DNA of 64,000 nucleotides from Nitrosopumilus sp. (GCA_965205675.1 OZ242186.1:864001-928000); one strand, 5' to 3'; shown: positions 1-11,347, counted from the stretch's first letter. Notes: a model not told the origin generated them from the sequence alone. A program made the numbers and translations.

Positions 1-2300
1 TGGCTCTCCTAATACCATTACAATAACTCTGACTGAAGGACAGCGACAGCAAGTAGTAGCTTACACCAGTACTAATGCTAACAGTGTCTTGCATCTGGAC
101 ATTGCAGCAGGTGCCGTACAAGACACTCTACAAAATGACATTGAATCTTCTGAGGATAACGAGATTACAAGTGTCAGTGACGGTGTGGCACCAACCTTTG
201 TCTCAGGTGTGATGGATGAGGGCACAGGCATTCTCTCTGTAACCTTCTCAGAGGCAATTGACTCTGATGTTACAGTGGATAGCTTTACAATATCTGATAC
301 TGTGACTGGCAACGCACTACCACCTGTATCCCTTGCAGGTGCAACACCCGACATTGATTCTACCTCTACTGATACTCTTACAATAACTCTGACTGAAACA
401 CAACGACAGCAAGTAATAGCTTACACCGGTACTGGTGATAACCTGCATCTTGACATTGCAGAAGGCGCCGTACGAGACACTGCACAAAATGATGTTGCAG
501 CTTCTGAGAATAACAATATTACAAGTGTCAGCGATAGTATCGCACCAACCTTTGACTCTGCTGTAGTACAAGAGGGCACAGGTGTACTGTCTGTAACCTT
601 CTCAGAGGTAATTGACTCTGATGTTACAGTGGATAGCTTTACAATCTCTGATACTGTAACTGGCAACGCACTACCACCAGTATCCCTTGCAGGTGCAACG
701 CACGCCATTGATTCTACCCCTACTGATACCATTACAATAACTCTGACTGAAACACAACGACAGCAAGTAATAGCTTACACTGGTACTGTTAACAACAATG
801 ACATAAACTTGCATCTAGACATTGCAGAAGGTGCCGTACAGGACACTTCAGAAAATGATATTGCGGATTCAGAGGATAACTCATTTAGAAGTGTTGGTGA
901 TAGTATCGCACCAACCTTTGTCTCAGGTATGATGGAGGAGGGCACGGGCATTCTCTCTGTAACCTTCTCAGAGGCAATTGACTCTGATGTTACAGTGGAT
1001 AGCTTTACAATATCTGATACTGTAACTGGCAACGCACTACCACCTGTATCCCTTGCAGGTGCAACACACGCCGTTGACTCTGATACCATTACAATAACTC
1101 TGACTGAAACACAACGACAGCAAGTAATAGCTTACAATGGTACTGTTAATAACAATGACATAAACTTGCATCTAGACATTGCAGCAGGTGCCGTACAGGA
1201 CACTTCAGAAAATGATATTGCGGATTCAGAGGATAACAATATTACAAGTGTCAGCGATAGTATCGCACCAACCTTTGTCTCAGGTGTGATAGAGGAGGGC
1301 ACAGGTGTACTCTCTGTAACCTTTTCTGAAACAATATCTTCTGATAGTATCATAGTAGGTAACTTTACAATATCTGACACTGTAGGTAACAGCATACCTG
1401 TATCCCTTGCAGGTGCAACCCGTATCATTGACCCTGACTCTGATACCATTAGAATAACTCTGACTGAAGTACAGCGACAGCAAGTAATAGCTTACAATGG
1501 TACTGTTAATAACAATGACATAAACTTGCATCTGGACATTGCAGAAGGCGCCGTACGAGACACTGCACAAAATGATGTTGCAGCTTCTGAGGATAACAAT
1601 ATTACAAGTGTCAGCGATAGTATCGCACCAACCTTTGTCTCAGGTGTGATACAAGAGGGCACAGGTGTACTGACTGTAAATTTCTCAGAGACAATATCCC
1701 CTGATAGTATCATAGTAGGTAACTTTACAATATCTGACACTGTAGGTAACAGCATACCTGTATCCCTTGCAGGTACAGCATCTGCCATCGACCCTATCTC
1801 TGCTCATACCATTACAATAACTCTAAATGAGCAACAACGACAGCGAGTAATAGGTTACACCGATACTAACTTGCATCTGGACATCGCAGAAGGTGCCGTA
1901 CAGGACACTTCAGAAAATGGCATTGCAGCATCAGAAGACAACCCACTTGAAATGGTCGATGATACCATTGAGCCAACCTTTGTCTCAGGTGTCATACACA
2001 AAGTAACAGGACTGCTAACTGTAACCTTTTCAGAAACAATAGACCCTGATAATATCACAGTTGATAGCTTTACAATATCTGGCACTACAGGTAGCAGCAT
2101 GTCTGTATCCCTTGCTGGTGCCATACATGCTAGTCCCAACTCTGATACACTTGAAATAACTGTAACTGAGCAGCAGCGAGAAGAGATAATCTCTTACATC
2201 GCTAATAGTAACAGTGATGACTTGCATCTGGATATTGCAGCAGGTGCCATACGAGACACTGCACAAAATAACATTATATCCTCAGAGAATAACCTCATTA
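1..2300 (+). repeat. Tandem coding repeat, period about 345-366 bp
   Basis: LHLDIA codons recur at about 89, 443, 809, 1166, 1526, 1871 and 2222, with long identical DNA blocks between units. Confidence 0.9.
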
Positions 2301-3142
2301 CTAGTACTGGCACTCTTCCCCCACCCCCCACATCCTCTAGTGGCGGTAGCGGCAGAATCAACGTGGCAGTATCTGAAGAGTCCCACGCTGAATTCTTACA
2401 CAAAGATATCAACAAATCCAGTTGTGACTCTAAGGGATTTGGAATGGGCATCTCGCTTCGAATATTCAGTATAGGATATGACAGGGAAACTAGCACTGTC
2501 AATGTGGAACTGCTCTCTACATGCGGACCTGCATCTGTCTCTGTCAACACTGATGCAGGCGTGCACCTGGCAGCATTGTCTCTGACATCTGAGCAGTCAC
2601 CACAGTCCTCTGCAAATGAAGCAGAGAAACAGCACCTCGTATACTCTGCCACAATTAATTCTGATGCAGACTCTTTTGCAGTTACAGCAAAAGACAAACG
2701 AGACACATTTACTCAGACCATAACGCTAAGTGATGACTTTGTTGAAAAGAAATACCATCATCGTACAGGGTATACTAGCGAACAGCAGAGTTCACTTGAT
2801 ATTCTAAATGCAATAGAAGATGATCCAAGACCCATAGCAGACAAGGCTGTTCAAAAAAATACTGATCCTATACCTTTGTGGATAAAGTCTGATCTAAAAT
2901 TGTGGAATGGAAGTCCTGCACGTGACATATTCTTCTTTAATTCCATTGACTATCTAATTGATAACCACTATATTGTCTATGAGGACTGGGAAAAATCAAA
3001 AAGCCTGCAAGATATCGATACCTATCCACAGTGGCTGCTTAATGATGTAGGTAACTACACTGATGGCAATCTCACTGATATGGAATTCACCGAACTCATT
3101 GAGACTCTCATAGAAGAGCGCGTCATTAGAATTGCAAAATGA
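2..3142 (+). CDS. Large acidic repetitive surface/secreted protein (5'-truncated by window edge) with about 7 Ig-like repeats, a Pro/Ser linker and a thaumarchaeal C-terminal IPxWIK-type domain
   Basis: Frame is open from position 2, upstream of the listed 89 start. Units of about 115-122 aa (APTFVSG..EGTG.LSVTFSE...LHLDIA.GAV.DT), then PPPPTSSSGGSG, then IPLWIKSDLKLW..FFNSIDYLI. Confidence 0.85.
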   Translation, partial: GSPNTITITLTEGQRQQVVAYTSTNANSVLHLDIAAGAVQDTLQNDIESSEDNEITSVSDGVAPTFVSGVMDEGTGILSVTFSEAIDSDVTVDSFTISDTVTGNALPPVSLAGATPDIDSTSTDTLTITLTETQRQQVIAYTGTGDNLHLDIAEGAVRDTAQNDVAASENNNITSVSDSIAPTFDSAVVQEGTGVLSVTFSEVIDSDVTVDSFTISDTVTGNALPPVSLAGATHAIDSTPTDTITITLTETQRQQVIAYTGTVNNNDINLHLDIAEGAVQDTSENDIADSEDNSFRSVGDSIAPTFVSGMMEEGTGILSVTFSEAIDSDVTVDSFTISDTVTGNALPPVSLAGATHAVDSDTITITLTETQRQQVIAYNGTVNNNDINLHLDIAAGAVQDTSENDIADSEDNNITSVSDSIAPTFVSGVIEEGTGVLSVTFSETISSDSIIVGNFTISDTVGNSIPVSLAGATRIIDPDSDTIRITLTEVQRQQVIAYNGTVNNNDINLHLDIAEGAVRDTAQNDVAASEDNNITSVSDSIAPTFVSGVIQEGTGVLTVNFSETISPDSIIVGNFTISDTVGNSIPVSLAGTASAIDPISAHTITITLNEQQRQRVIGYTDTNLHLDIAEGAVQDTSENGIAASEDNPLEMVDDTIEPTFVSGVIHKVTGLLTVTFSETIDPDNITVDSFTISGTTGSSMSVSLAGAIHASPNSDTLEITVTEQQREEIISYIANSNSDDLHLDIAAGAIRDTAQNNIISSENNLITSTGTLPPPPTSSSGGSGRINVAVSEESHAEFLHKDINKSSCDSKGFGMGISLRIFSIGYDRETSTVNVELLSTCGPASVSVNTDAGVHLAALSLTSEQSPQSSANEAEKQHLVYSATINSDADSFAVTAKDKRDTFTQTITLSDDFVEKKYHHRTGYTSEQQSSLDILNAIEDDPRPIADKAVQKNTDPIPLWIKSDLKLWNGSPARDIFFFNSIDYLIDNHYIVYEDWEKSKSLQDIDTYPQWLLNDVGNYTDGNLTDMEFTELIETLIEERVIRIAK

Positions 3143-3245
3143 TGATATTTTGAGACTTGTGATGATGATTTACAAAAATAAAATTTTAGGTGATTATCAA
3201 TTATTTACCCCCAACATATAATCAAGTAATACTGAGAAAGTATCT

Positions 3246-3552
3246 TCATCTCCGTTGTTGTATCTCCATTTCTTTGATGTACAACAGAAACTTTCCTGAG
3301 CTTACTCTGTGCTTGTAACCATTGAAAATCAACGAATTGTATCCTCTCCACTTGTCCGTATACCAAATGTCTTTTTGAAAATGATTCGTTTGATAACTGT
3401 GATGCAAATCTGTTGGAATTGAACCCAAATCTCTTCGTTTTCAGGGAAGTAAATGGGGAAAAATTGTTCTATTTCGTGTTGGCTTGTAATTGTCACAGAA
3501 TGTGACTGGTTTTTAGTTTGGGTTATTTCTGAGAAATCTTCTCCTGTTGACC
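3246..3552 (-). pseudogene. IS1595-family transposase remnant, internally deleted
   Basis: Fragments YTDKWRGYNSL..GYKH and KFLLYIKEME resemble IS1595 DDE motifs. Ends are approximate. Confidence 0.6.
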
Positions 3553-3652
3553 ACACTTTTTTCATTTTTCTTATATTCATTATTTACCATTATTTGGTTT
3601 TCATTACCATTTATTACCAATACTATATATACTCGAAATATTGTGTTGAGAT

Positions 3653-4066
3653 ATGAGTACCCAATCTCAATCAAGTGATGCATTTGCAATGTACAAGCAA
3701 AATGTACAAAAACATTTTGAAAATATTTCAAAACTAACTTCACAATATTTTCAATCTGCTACACAATTGCAAGATGAATGTATGAAAACTTGTCAAAAAA
3801 CAATTGATGCTACCGTGTCAATGCAACAAGAATTTGCAAAGAAAACTGGATTAAACACTGAAATTCCAGATGTTGCAAAAACTGCAATCGTTGATACCAA
3901 CAAGCAAATTGTCCAGGCAAGTACCGTAAATAATCAATTGGTAAAAACAACCCTTGATGCAACAGTACAAAATTTCAAAACATTCAATGACAATGTTAAT
4001 GCATTTGCTGAATTAAACAAAAACATCATCCAATCTTGGATAACTCCTTTCACACAAAAAAACTAG
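3653..4066 (+). CDS. Conserved thaumarchaeal helical (phasin-like) protein
   Basis: 137 aa, Q/N/T-rich amphipathic helices; followed by a T-rich terminator-like tract. Confidence 0.7.
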   Translation: MSTQSQSSDAFAMYKQNVQKHFENISKLTSQYFQSATQLQDECMKTCQKTIDATVSMQQEFAKKTGLNTEIPDVAKTAIVDTNKQIVQASTVNNQLVKTTLDATVQNFKTFNDNVNAFAELNKNIIQSWITPFTQKN

Positions 4067-4201
4067 TGTGATTGATTTTTCTTTTTTTATTATTTTATCA
4101 AAATAATTCATAGAATTTGATGATTTATCAAACTCCATATGTGTTACGTGCTCTGTGTTGCAAAACTCGTATGTGACACTGATGGGTAATTTATCCTTGA
4201 A

Positions 4202-5302
4202 TTATCTTAGATGTGCGACGCCTCTATTTGTCTGATAACTTCCAACAGAACTTCCTATTGCAGTAGCATACAAGTCTTTAGGGTCGATACCGGTCTGCTC
4301 CGTAGGTGTTTTCCTATTTTTTCTGTCACTCCATACAAAGAATCCTATGGCAGCGACAATTCCTATGCCTGACATTGTATACATTATTGGAACTTGTGTG
4401 TATTCTACGCCTCCTGTTGTTGGTGCCTCATCTGTAATTAAAAATACCTCTGTTCCTTTGATGGTGCCTTCTTGAACATATCCGTCAATTATTATAGTTC
4501 CGTCATCTTGAGATTCAATGAAACGTATGGTGTATTTTTCTCCGTTAATTTCAAATGGCTCTGTATGGTCTTTATCTTGACAAAATCCGATGTATATTGT
4601 ACAAATTCCCATGGAATAATTTGTAATTACTGTGCCTGTAAATCCATATTTTTCAGGTTCACTCATTTCTGAAGTAGGATCAAACATTGACTCCCATTTT
4701 GATAATGGCAATTCAGAGAGTCCGTTGGTATCTATTAGTTTTAAATCTAATACTCTCATTGCCGCAGATCCTGAAAGGTATTCTAATAATTGAGGTATTA
4801 CAATCAAAGCCGATTGGGGTGAGTTGATATCATATGTGCCATACTTTGTCTCTATTGGAATTTCTTCAAGAATTTCAAATCCTCTCCATTGTGAATCCAG
4901 TGTAGAGTCTGAAATAAAGTGTCCCTGTATGGTAGGACGAATAATTATTTTGTATTCTATACTGACTGATTCTTTTTGTGGTGAAATTACTGCAGAGTAC
5001 ATTCCATCAATGTCAGTTACTTTGGTAAAAGATTTCTTATACAATTCAGCGTTTATCTTCTCTACTAGTATTCCTGCATTCTCTGAATTTATGTTAAATT
5101 TCACTTTTTGTTGTACGTCTCCAACTAGTTCTGCTAGATTGCTGTCTGCAGAAAATTGCATGGTTATAATTCTTGTAAACTGAAAAGTTGGAACAATCTC
5201 TTCAGAATCCCTAGGAATTCTCACATCTAACTGAACTGCATATGCAGGGATTATTCCAGATATAATTATTAGTGTGGCAATTACTGCAACAACTTTTGAC
5301 AT
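4202..5302 (-). CDS. Secreted, C-terminally membrane-anchored hypothetical protein
   Basis: Signal peptide (IIPAYA) and C-terminal TM helix GIGIVAAIGFFVW. Confidence 0.8.
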   Translation of the reverse strand: MSKVVAVIATLIIISGIIPAYAVQLDVRIPRDSEEIVPTFQFTRIITMQFSADSNLAELVGDVQQKVKFNINSENAGILVEKINAELYKKSFTKVTDIDGMYSAVISPQKESVSIEYKIIIRPTIQGHFISDSTLDSQWRGFEILEEIPIETKYGTYDINSPQSALIVIPQLLEYLSGSAAMRVLDLKLIDTNGLSELPLSKWESMFDPTSEMSEPEKYGFTGTVITNYSMGICTIYIGFCQDKDHTEPFEINGEKYTIRFIESQDDGTIIIDGYVQEGTIKGTEVFLITDEAPTTGGVEYTQVPIMYTMSGIGIVAAIGFFVWSDRKNRKTPTEQTGIDPKDLYATAIGSSVGSYQTNRGVAHLR

Positions 5303-5402
5303 GTTTGATATATTGTAATTATTATATAAAACAAAACCAAGAAATTATTTTCTTTGAGAAAACGACTTTGTTTTTTTATATTATATTTGCAATTGTTCTC
5401 TT

Positions 5403-5705
5403 ATGCAAAAACACACAATCCTTGCCGGATTCATTTTAGGTGCATTAGTTGCTATTTTAGTACAGCAGCCTGCTTTTGCACAATATGATGTTTTAGACAA
5501 GGGGCTATACCAAAGAATGGAAAATTCAAAAGACAAGGTAGAGATTGCAACAAAAGAGGGAGCAGTTGGTTCTGGTACCCCCTACTTTGCTGCTGATGGT
5601 GTACTTGGTGCATCTCTTCTCTCTGCTGGAATATTTGGAGGAATTGCTGGAATGCTGTTCATTCGAGGTAAAAAAGGAAAATACGCTGCAATGGGTCGTG
5701 GATGA
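5403..5705 (+). CDS. Small secreted/membrane protein
   Basis: Signal peptide (QPAFA) and C-terminal TM helix. Confidence 0.7.
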   Translation: MQKHTILAGFILGALVAILVQQPAFAQYDVLDKGLYQRMENSKDKVEIATKEGAVGSGTPYFAADGVLGASLLSAGIFGGIAGMLFIRGKKGKYAAMGRG

Positions 5706-5808
5706 TCCCCTTTTTTTATGCCTAGTTTTTCTCAATTATTTAAAGAAATTTCCGTTTCTTAGAAAAAGGAAAAAGTAGTATTTCTTAAGTAATATTCTGA
5801 CATATTGT

Positions 5809-6324
5809 ATGGTGATGCCAAACCAGTTCTCTCAATTATTGTGCATAGATACAATAAGAAATGCAAATAATCATCTTGAACCAGGACAGCGGACTATGCT
5901 TGCTTGTGAGAACAAGCTTCCAGAGTCGCCTGTAACTGCTGCATTAACGATCTTAAAAGATCATGATTATGCGTTATGGATTGAACTCCATGAACATAAT
6001 CTAGCTGAAAAAATTATTGGAGTATATTCTGATCCAGTAAAGCGTCACATTCTTTTGTTAATAGACAGTCCTATTTCAAAAGATGAATTGCTTAGTCATT
6101 GTGGTGCTTCTCAATCTTCAGCTTATCGAAAGTTCAATGAATTGTTCCGAGATGGTTTTATTTTGCCTGTAGGGTATACAAAAACTGCAAAACGTGTACG
6201 TCTATATGACAAAATAATCACAAAGGCTGAGTTTAGCGTTTCTACCAAAATAAGTCAAATACGACTTCAGGTAAATCTGTCGCGTTTGCCAAAACTTCCA
6301 ACAGGGGAGGCCATTTATCCATGA
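5809..6324 (+). CDS. Winged-HTH (ArsR-like) transcriptional regulator
   Basis: YSDPVKRHIL...SQSSAYRKFNELFRDG pattern. Confidence 0.65.
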   Translation: MVMPNQFSQLLCIDTIRNANNHLEPGQRTMLACENKLPESPVTAALTILKDHDYALWIELHEHNLAEKIIGVYSDPVKRHILLLIDSPISKDELLSHCGASQSSAYRKFNELFRDGFILPVGYTKTAKRVRLYDKIITKAEFSVSTKISQIRLQVNLSRLPKLPTGEAIYP

Positions 6325-6905
6325 CTTTGATGGAAACTCTCCTTGCCACTTCTTTTGAGAAAACATTTTCAGATAACGTGGGCCCTGATGAAATAACTAA
6401 AATAAAAAATTCTGTTTTTGAACAATACAATATGACATTACTTTCATCAATCAAAGATTTTGAAAAATTTGAATTGATCACAACACAGGTCTTGGGTGAT
6501 TGTGGAACTCCATTAATTAAAAAAACACTAGATGCCATATGTCGTTTACAATCAAAATCTGAACACACTATAGAAATTAAAGACGAATACTTGAAAAATG
6601 CAATTTTAAAATCTTTTGATGATAATACTAAAAAACAAATTCTAAATATTGCTTTTGATTACCCTCTAACTCTTTGGGAGATTGCATCTAAAGCCAATAT
6701 TGAACCTGCCATTGTTTCTGAAAATGTATCTTATCTTATCTTTCATGGATTACTTGCAACAAGTGATCTGAAGGATTCAGAACATAATAAAAAATACTGT
6801 TCTACAATAGATAATTTTTCTGTCAAAATTGAAGGTGATGAATTTCACATGTATGTTACAATTAATGAAATTGCAAATGTTGATCCTCTGAAAATTATCT
6901 CTTAA
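6321..6905 (+). CDS. Thaumarchaeal winged-HTH transcriptional regulator
   Basis: ILKSFDD..KKQILN..PLTLWEIA; ATGA-coupled to the upstream gene. Confidence 0.65.
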   Translation: MTLMETLLATSFEKTFSDNVGPDEITKIKNSVFEQYNMTLLSSIKDFEKFELITTQVLGDCGTPLIKKTLDAICRLQSKSEHTIEIKDEYLKNAILKSFDDNTKKQILNIAFDYPLTLWEIASKANIEPAIVSENVSYLIFHGLLATSDLKDSEHNKKYCSTIDNFSVKIEGDEFHMYVTINEIANVDPLKIIS

Positions 6906-7437
6906 TTTACAAAGACCTTATTTCTAACTTGTATGAGTTTGATTTGAATTCTTATTGTAAAAAACTATTGAGGAATACATTTCAAAAAAACCCATTAAAG
7001 GAGAATCTGCTAAAGAATGTCTCTCTCTAAAGCAAAAAGTGACAAAAGCCATCAAAAAGAACCTTGGTTTTTTTCTGATTCTAAGCCTAAATCATAATTT
7101 TCTGAATCCTACAATACGAATTATCTTGCAACATCTAAATCTGTTGAAAAATAAGTAATATGTTGAAAATCCGTAAAAATGATCTGATGATTTACAAATG
7201 AAATTATTTAAGATATTGTTGACAAATTGATAGAGCATAGCATATCCATTAAATTAAAAAATTAATTTACAATGAGTTTATTATTAATGCATCCAAAGCA
7301 TGAGATGCAACAAATATTTCTCAAAGATAACAACATGAATCACACAAAAATAATTCTAATGGCTTTGTTTGCTGTGATATTTATCATTGTAACAGGTATA
7401 CTCCAAAGGTTGCAACAAAGAGATTTGTAAAATCAAT

Positions 7438-7655
7438 AGGCCTCTTGCGCAATTAGACATATTTTACCATATTACACAAATTCATTCACACCAAGATCCA
7501 AAGCTAAGAACAACCTAACACATTTCATGTTAACATACAAGCAACTCTCAAAAAAGCCAAGATCCTTTCTCTCTTTTACTGGAGTGACTAGGCAACAGTT
7601 TGATGTGATTCTAAAGGATGTCAGAAAGAATCACCGTACAGAAGAAAAGAAGAGA
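7438..7655 (+). mobile_element. Truncated left end of ISL2-like element C
   Basis: Near-identical to 30070-30287, starting with the TIR aggcctcttgcgcaatta. Confidence 0.85.
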
Positions 7656-7770
7656 GATGTTACACCAACTCCTCTATAGTAAGTAATTTAGAAATAGTGA
7701 TGCCTTTAGTTTCACTGAATAAATAACATTTTATCTAGTTATTTATTCAGGTTAGTTTTACAAATATTTC

Positions 7771-8010
7771 ATGGGACTATTGTACACTAAATTTTATATG
7801 GATTTTGAGGATGATGAATGGAAACAAATCTCAAATAATCCTATAATCTTTCAAACTATTAAAAATGATGTAAGTGTGGAAATTGAAGATGATTCTCATA
7901 AATCATACAAGCTTGAATTTAAAAAAGGGGGAAAGTTACACATGTTTCGAGTTACTGGAAAATTCCGTTTAACTTGGGATGATGATGATTTGTTAAACTC
8001 TATAAGATAA
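7771..8010 (+). CDS. Conserved hypothetical protein
   Basis: 79-aa ORF with protein-like composition. Confidence 0.65.
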   Translation: MGLLYTKFYMDFEDDEWKQISNNPIIFQTIKNDVSVEIEDDSHKSYKLEFKKGGKLHMFRVTGKFRLTWDDDDLLNSIR

Positions 8011-8023
8011 CAATGGATGGTAT

Positions 8024-8266
8024 TTGATTATTATCATGTCTTTAGAATCTAAAGTCAAAGCAATTCTAGCTGATTTTGAACATACTCCCCCGGAGAAAAT
8101 TCTTGAAATATTAACTCAAATCGAATCTTTTTTTAAAAATGAATTAATTCGAGAATATCTCCAAGGCAAAACCCAGAAAATTCAAGATTCTACAGATGAA
8201 CAAGAAAAAAAGAAACAATGCAAGGCACTAATGCCTTATTTTGATTGGTATCTTCAAGGTCTGTAG
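8024..8266 (+). CDS. Hypothetical protein (likely start at the ATG near 8036)
   Basis: ORF; operon-like spacing after the upstream gene. Confidence 0.6.
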   Translation: MIIIMSLESKVKAILADFEHTPPEKILEILTQIESFFKNELIREYLQGKTQKIQDSTDEQEKKKQCKALMPYFDWYLQGL

Positions 8267-8267
8267 G

Positions 8268-8693
8268 TTATTCTGAAAACTGATTAATTTTCCCTAGGGC
8301 TGTTTTGATAGTCTCTATGTCTTTTCTTCCTTGTACCATATCTCCAACTAGCTTTACAAAGTATTCATGTCCTGTATCCTCTGCTTTGTGTATGTCTGAT
8401 TCATAACATGATAGGGATTTTTCTAAAAATGACACTTCGTATTCTAACTCTTTTCTAGTATTCTTATCGTTTAGACTGGTGTGGATTTTTTCAATGACTT
8501 TATTTATTTTTGGAATTGTTTTTCTTGCTTGTTGATTCAAAACTGATGCAAACATTGCAGCTGACTCTTTTAACTCTGGGCTTTCATTGAGTGTTTTTAA
8601 TCTACTTTTGTAGTGATTTAATGCCTTTAGAATTATTTCATATCCTCCCTCATCTTTAAGATATATTCCACCTAACCAAACCTTTTCAGCCAT
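8268..8693 (-). CDS. Conserved hypothetical helical protein
   Basis: 141-aa ORF. Confidence 0.7.
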   Translation of the reverse strand: MAEKVWLGGIYLKDEGGYEIILKALNHYKSRLKTLNESPELKESAAMFASVLNQQARKTIPKINKVIEKIHTSLNDKNTRKELEYEVSFLEKSLSCYESDIHKAEDTGHEYFVKLVGDMVQGRKDIETIKTALGKINQFSE

Positions 8694-8978
8694 TTCTCAT
8701 TATCTTTTTCTTGTGTTATTATAATTTAGTTCTTAACTCATGATTAGTCTTAGTTCTACCTGCTTTCTAATACATCAGAAAACACTACTATGAATAATAT
8801 GTCTTAATAATGACTTTGGAATAGTTAAGCTTGTTGTAAATTGCGCTTTTTTTCAATATGGAATTATTTTGATATGTTGTGAAATGATTCCTACAAAGAT
8901 CAAAGCATTACCAAACAAAGAAATATTCTAGGTGATTGTAAATCTATTAGATGAATGCAAGGAATTGTTATTCCAGTC

Positions 8979-9203
8979 TTAAACGTCAGAGTGTTCTTTA
9001 ACTGTTGGTTCATTTTTACTAATCAAATATAGTAATACTCCTGCCAAGCTTACTCCCATTCCACTGATGCCTACAAATGTGCCTATATTTTTGATCAGTC
9101 TTAACATCTCTTTTGATTCCCCTAATTCTATTGAATAAAACATTATGAGTCCTGCTATAAACATGCCAATTCCTGTAACTGCTATCCCTATTGACATCTT
9201 CAT
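8979..9203 (-). CDS. Small two-TM membrane protein
   Basis: Two hydrophobic segments. Confidence 0.65.
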   Translation of the reverse strand: MKMSIGIAVTGIGMFIAGLIMFYSIELGESKEMLRLIKNIGTFVGISGMGVSLAGVLLYLISKNEPTVKEHSDV

Positions 9204-9407
9204 ATTACAAGTATTTTTATCTAATTAATAAACAACAACGAAATATGTGTTCTGATAAATAATGTCCCATTTTAATTAATTCCAGGTCTGAGATTGTAAA
9301 TGATTTACTTGTTTTTTCATCTATTGTATTTTTACTTGTAATCCCATTATCCGTTGAGATTTTTGCTCAAACAAGTTACGGTGTAAATACTCCTACAGAA
9401 TATGCTA

Positions 9408-10482
9408 TAGCGACGATCAAAAGTTCATGAACATCTTTGTAGGATTTCTAAAGGTGTAATTTGCAATATCCAGTTTGAATCTTGTCGTTCTAAAATATTT
9501 TGACACTGCATCATTCATCATCGTAAACATTGCATAATATTCTGAAACCAACAACGCATACTTGCTTATCTTCCAGCATTGTTCTATCATGTTCAAGTAC
9601 GGTGATCCTTTTGGCAGCCATATTAGTTTGACATCAGGATTATTTGCAAGATATTCTTTTACTTTTTTTGATTTGTGAACTGATGCTCGGTCTAGCATAA
9701 TTGCAATCTTGCCGTATTTCCAGTGTAACTCTTTTAGATATTCTACAAATCTTCCAACATTGAATCTATCATAGACTCTAAACAACTGACTGTTATTTTC
9801 CGTAATTGTTCCATATACTGCCAAGCTTTCATGATTGCCTGTGTATGGAAGAAATATTCTCTTGGCAACTGATGACTGGGTATTTTTTTCCTGTTTTTGT
9901 ATTCCTTAGAAAAAATGCCTCATCAGCCATTGCAATGATAAATCCGTTCTTTTTTAGGCGTAAAATTCTCTTTCTGATGCGTTGCTGCCAGCTTCGCACA
10001 GCAGATACACTTGCATGGTTGATGTGATATTTTTGTGCAGTTTTTGCAGATATCATACTGTGCATTATCTTTCGGATGTGAGTGATATGAAATTTTACTC
10101 TAGTGGAATGAAAGATACTTTGCTGTAGCATCACAGATGTGAACAAAGTTAGCATTGCCTTTGAGATGATACAGTTCATTCTGGTCTGGGAGATTGTTCT
10201 TGGTCTTCCACTCCTTGGATGGTCGTAGAGGCCATCGATTTCAAAACGATTCACTCATTTTCGTACCCAGATTGTGCAGCGGTGCAATGTCTTTGCAGTG
10301 TGTTCTATTTCCTTACCATCTTTTAGAATCATCAATACTGCCAAGCATTCTTACTGCAACTTTTGAATTTTTTGTAATGCTGCTTTCAAGGGATTCTAAC
10401 TTCCATGTATTTTGTTGTGTTGACTGATCAAAAGGTTTTTTGTTTTGGAATTATTTAGTTCACGAACTTTGTCTTTTCGCTA
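9408..10482 (-). mobile_element. IS630-family element D, copy 1 (frameshifted transposase)
   Basis: Imperfect TIR of about 25 bp (tagcgacgatcaaaagttcatgaac / gttcacgaactttgtcttttcgcta); TA on both sides; DEA..LDRASVH..SPYLNMIE motifs split over ORFs 9829-10254 and 9417-9824. Confidence 0.9.
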
Positions 10483-10627
10483 TACCATTTATTTTAAAAA
10501 AAATGTAAAAAGATAGAATCTTAAATTAAAATAAAAAATTAAAAGCTGAGAAAAACAATCAAAATCAAAAAAACAAATTGTTCAAAAAAACAAAATTAAA
10601 ACTTTCAAAAAACCCGCTAAAAAATGA

Positions 10628-11245
10628 TTATCTTATTTTTATTGTGATCTCCTCTCCGTTACCTATTGGAGACGTTATTGTTACAAGATTAAGATTTGTT
10701 TTTAGATTTTCTGAAAATTTCTTCATTTTTGTCCTGTATTTTTCTGGATATAACATATTGTCTGTAATTATCACTCCTTTTATTGTAACCATTGGAAAAA
10801 TTAAATCAAAATATTCTTTGATGTTTTCTTTGTCTGCATCAATTAAAACAAAATCAAAATAATTTTGATACTTTTCTTGTTTGTTTAGTTCTTTTAGAAT
10901 TTCTAATGCTTGTCCTTCTCTGATTGTGACTGTATTTGCAATACCTGCTTTCTGAAAATTTTCTCTTGCCCTTTTGGTTTTTTTCGAGTTTTGCTCTATT
11001 GTGATTATCTTTCCTGCGTTATCTGAAATTGCATCTGCACACCAAATTGTTGAATATCCTACTGATGTACCAATCTCAAGCATGTTTTTAGTATTATTTA
11101 GGCGCAAGAGAATGTTTAACATCTCTCCTGTCTCTTTTGTGATTGCAAGCATTCTATCTACTGGCATAACGTCTATTTTTCTTGTTTTTTCAAGCGTAGA
11201 CTGTGTTTCTAATTCATTTAGAATCTCTTGAACCCTCTCTTTCAT
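10628..11245 (-). CDS. SAM-dependent O-methyltransferase (family 3)
   Basis: LEIGTSVGYSTIW, FDFVLIDADK and IITDN motifs. Confidence 0.9.
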   Translation of the reverse strand: MKERVQEILNELETQSTLEKTRKIDVMPVDRMLAITKETGEMLNILLRLNNTKNMLEIGTSVGYSTIWCADAISDNAGKIITIEQNSKKTKRARENFQKAGIANTVTIREGQALEILKELNKQEKYQNYFDFVLIDADKENIKEYFDLIFPMVTIKGVIITDNMLYPEKYRTKMKKFSENLKTNLNLVTITSPIGNGEEITIKIR

Positions 11246-11347
11246 CTGATCGGAGGTGATCTTGAATTAATTTAACTCTGTCTTACCACATGATCTTTAT
11301 AAAAAAAATTTGATAGCTTATATTTGCCAAATATTTTTTTAAAATAG

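Noticed and set aside
1-2300. Repeats as a CRISPR array or DGR template/variable pair
   Set aside because: Period is about 355 bp, in frame and coding; there are no unique spacers, no cas or reverse transcriptase gene, and differences are not confined to adenines.
61-2706. Series of similar minus-strand ORFs
   Set aside because: Antisense shadows of the repetitive plus-strand protein, recurring with the same period.
6905-7437. Possible gene remnants
   Set aside because: No sustained ORF or recognisable motif.
10578-11231. Plus-strand ORFs over the O-methyltransferase (and similar antisense ORFs over other core genes)
   Set aside because: Shadow ORFs opposite well-supported genes.
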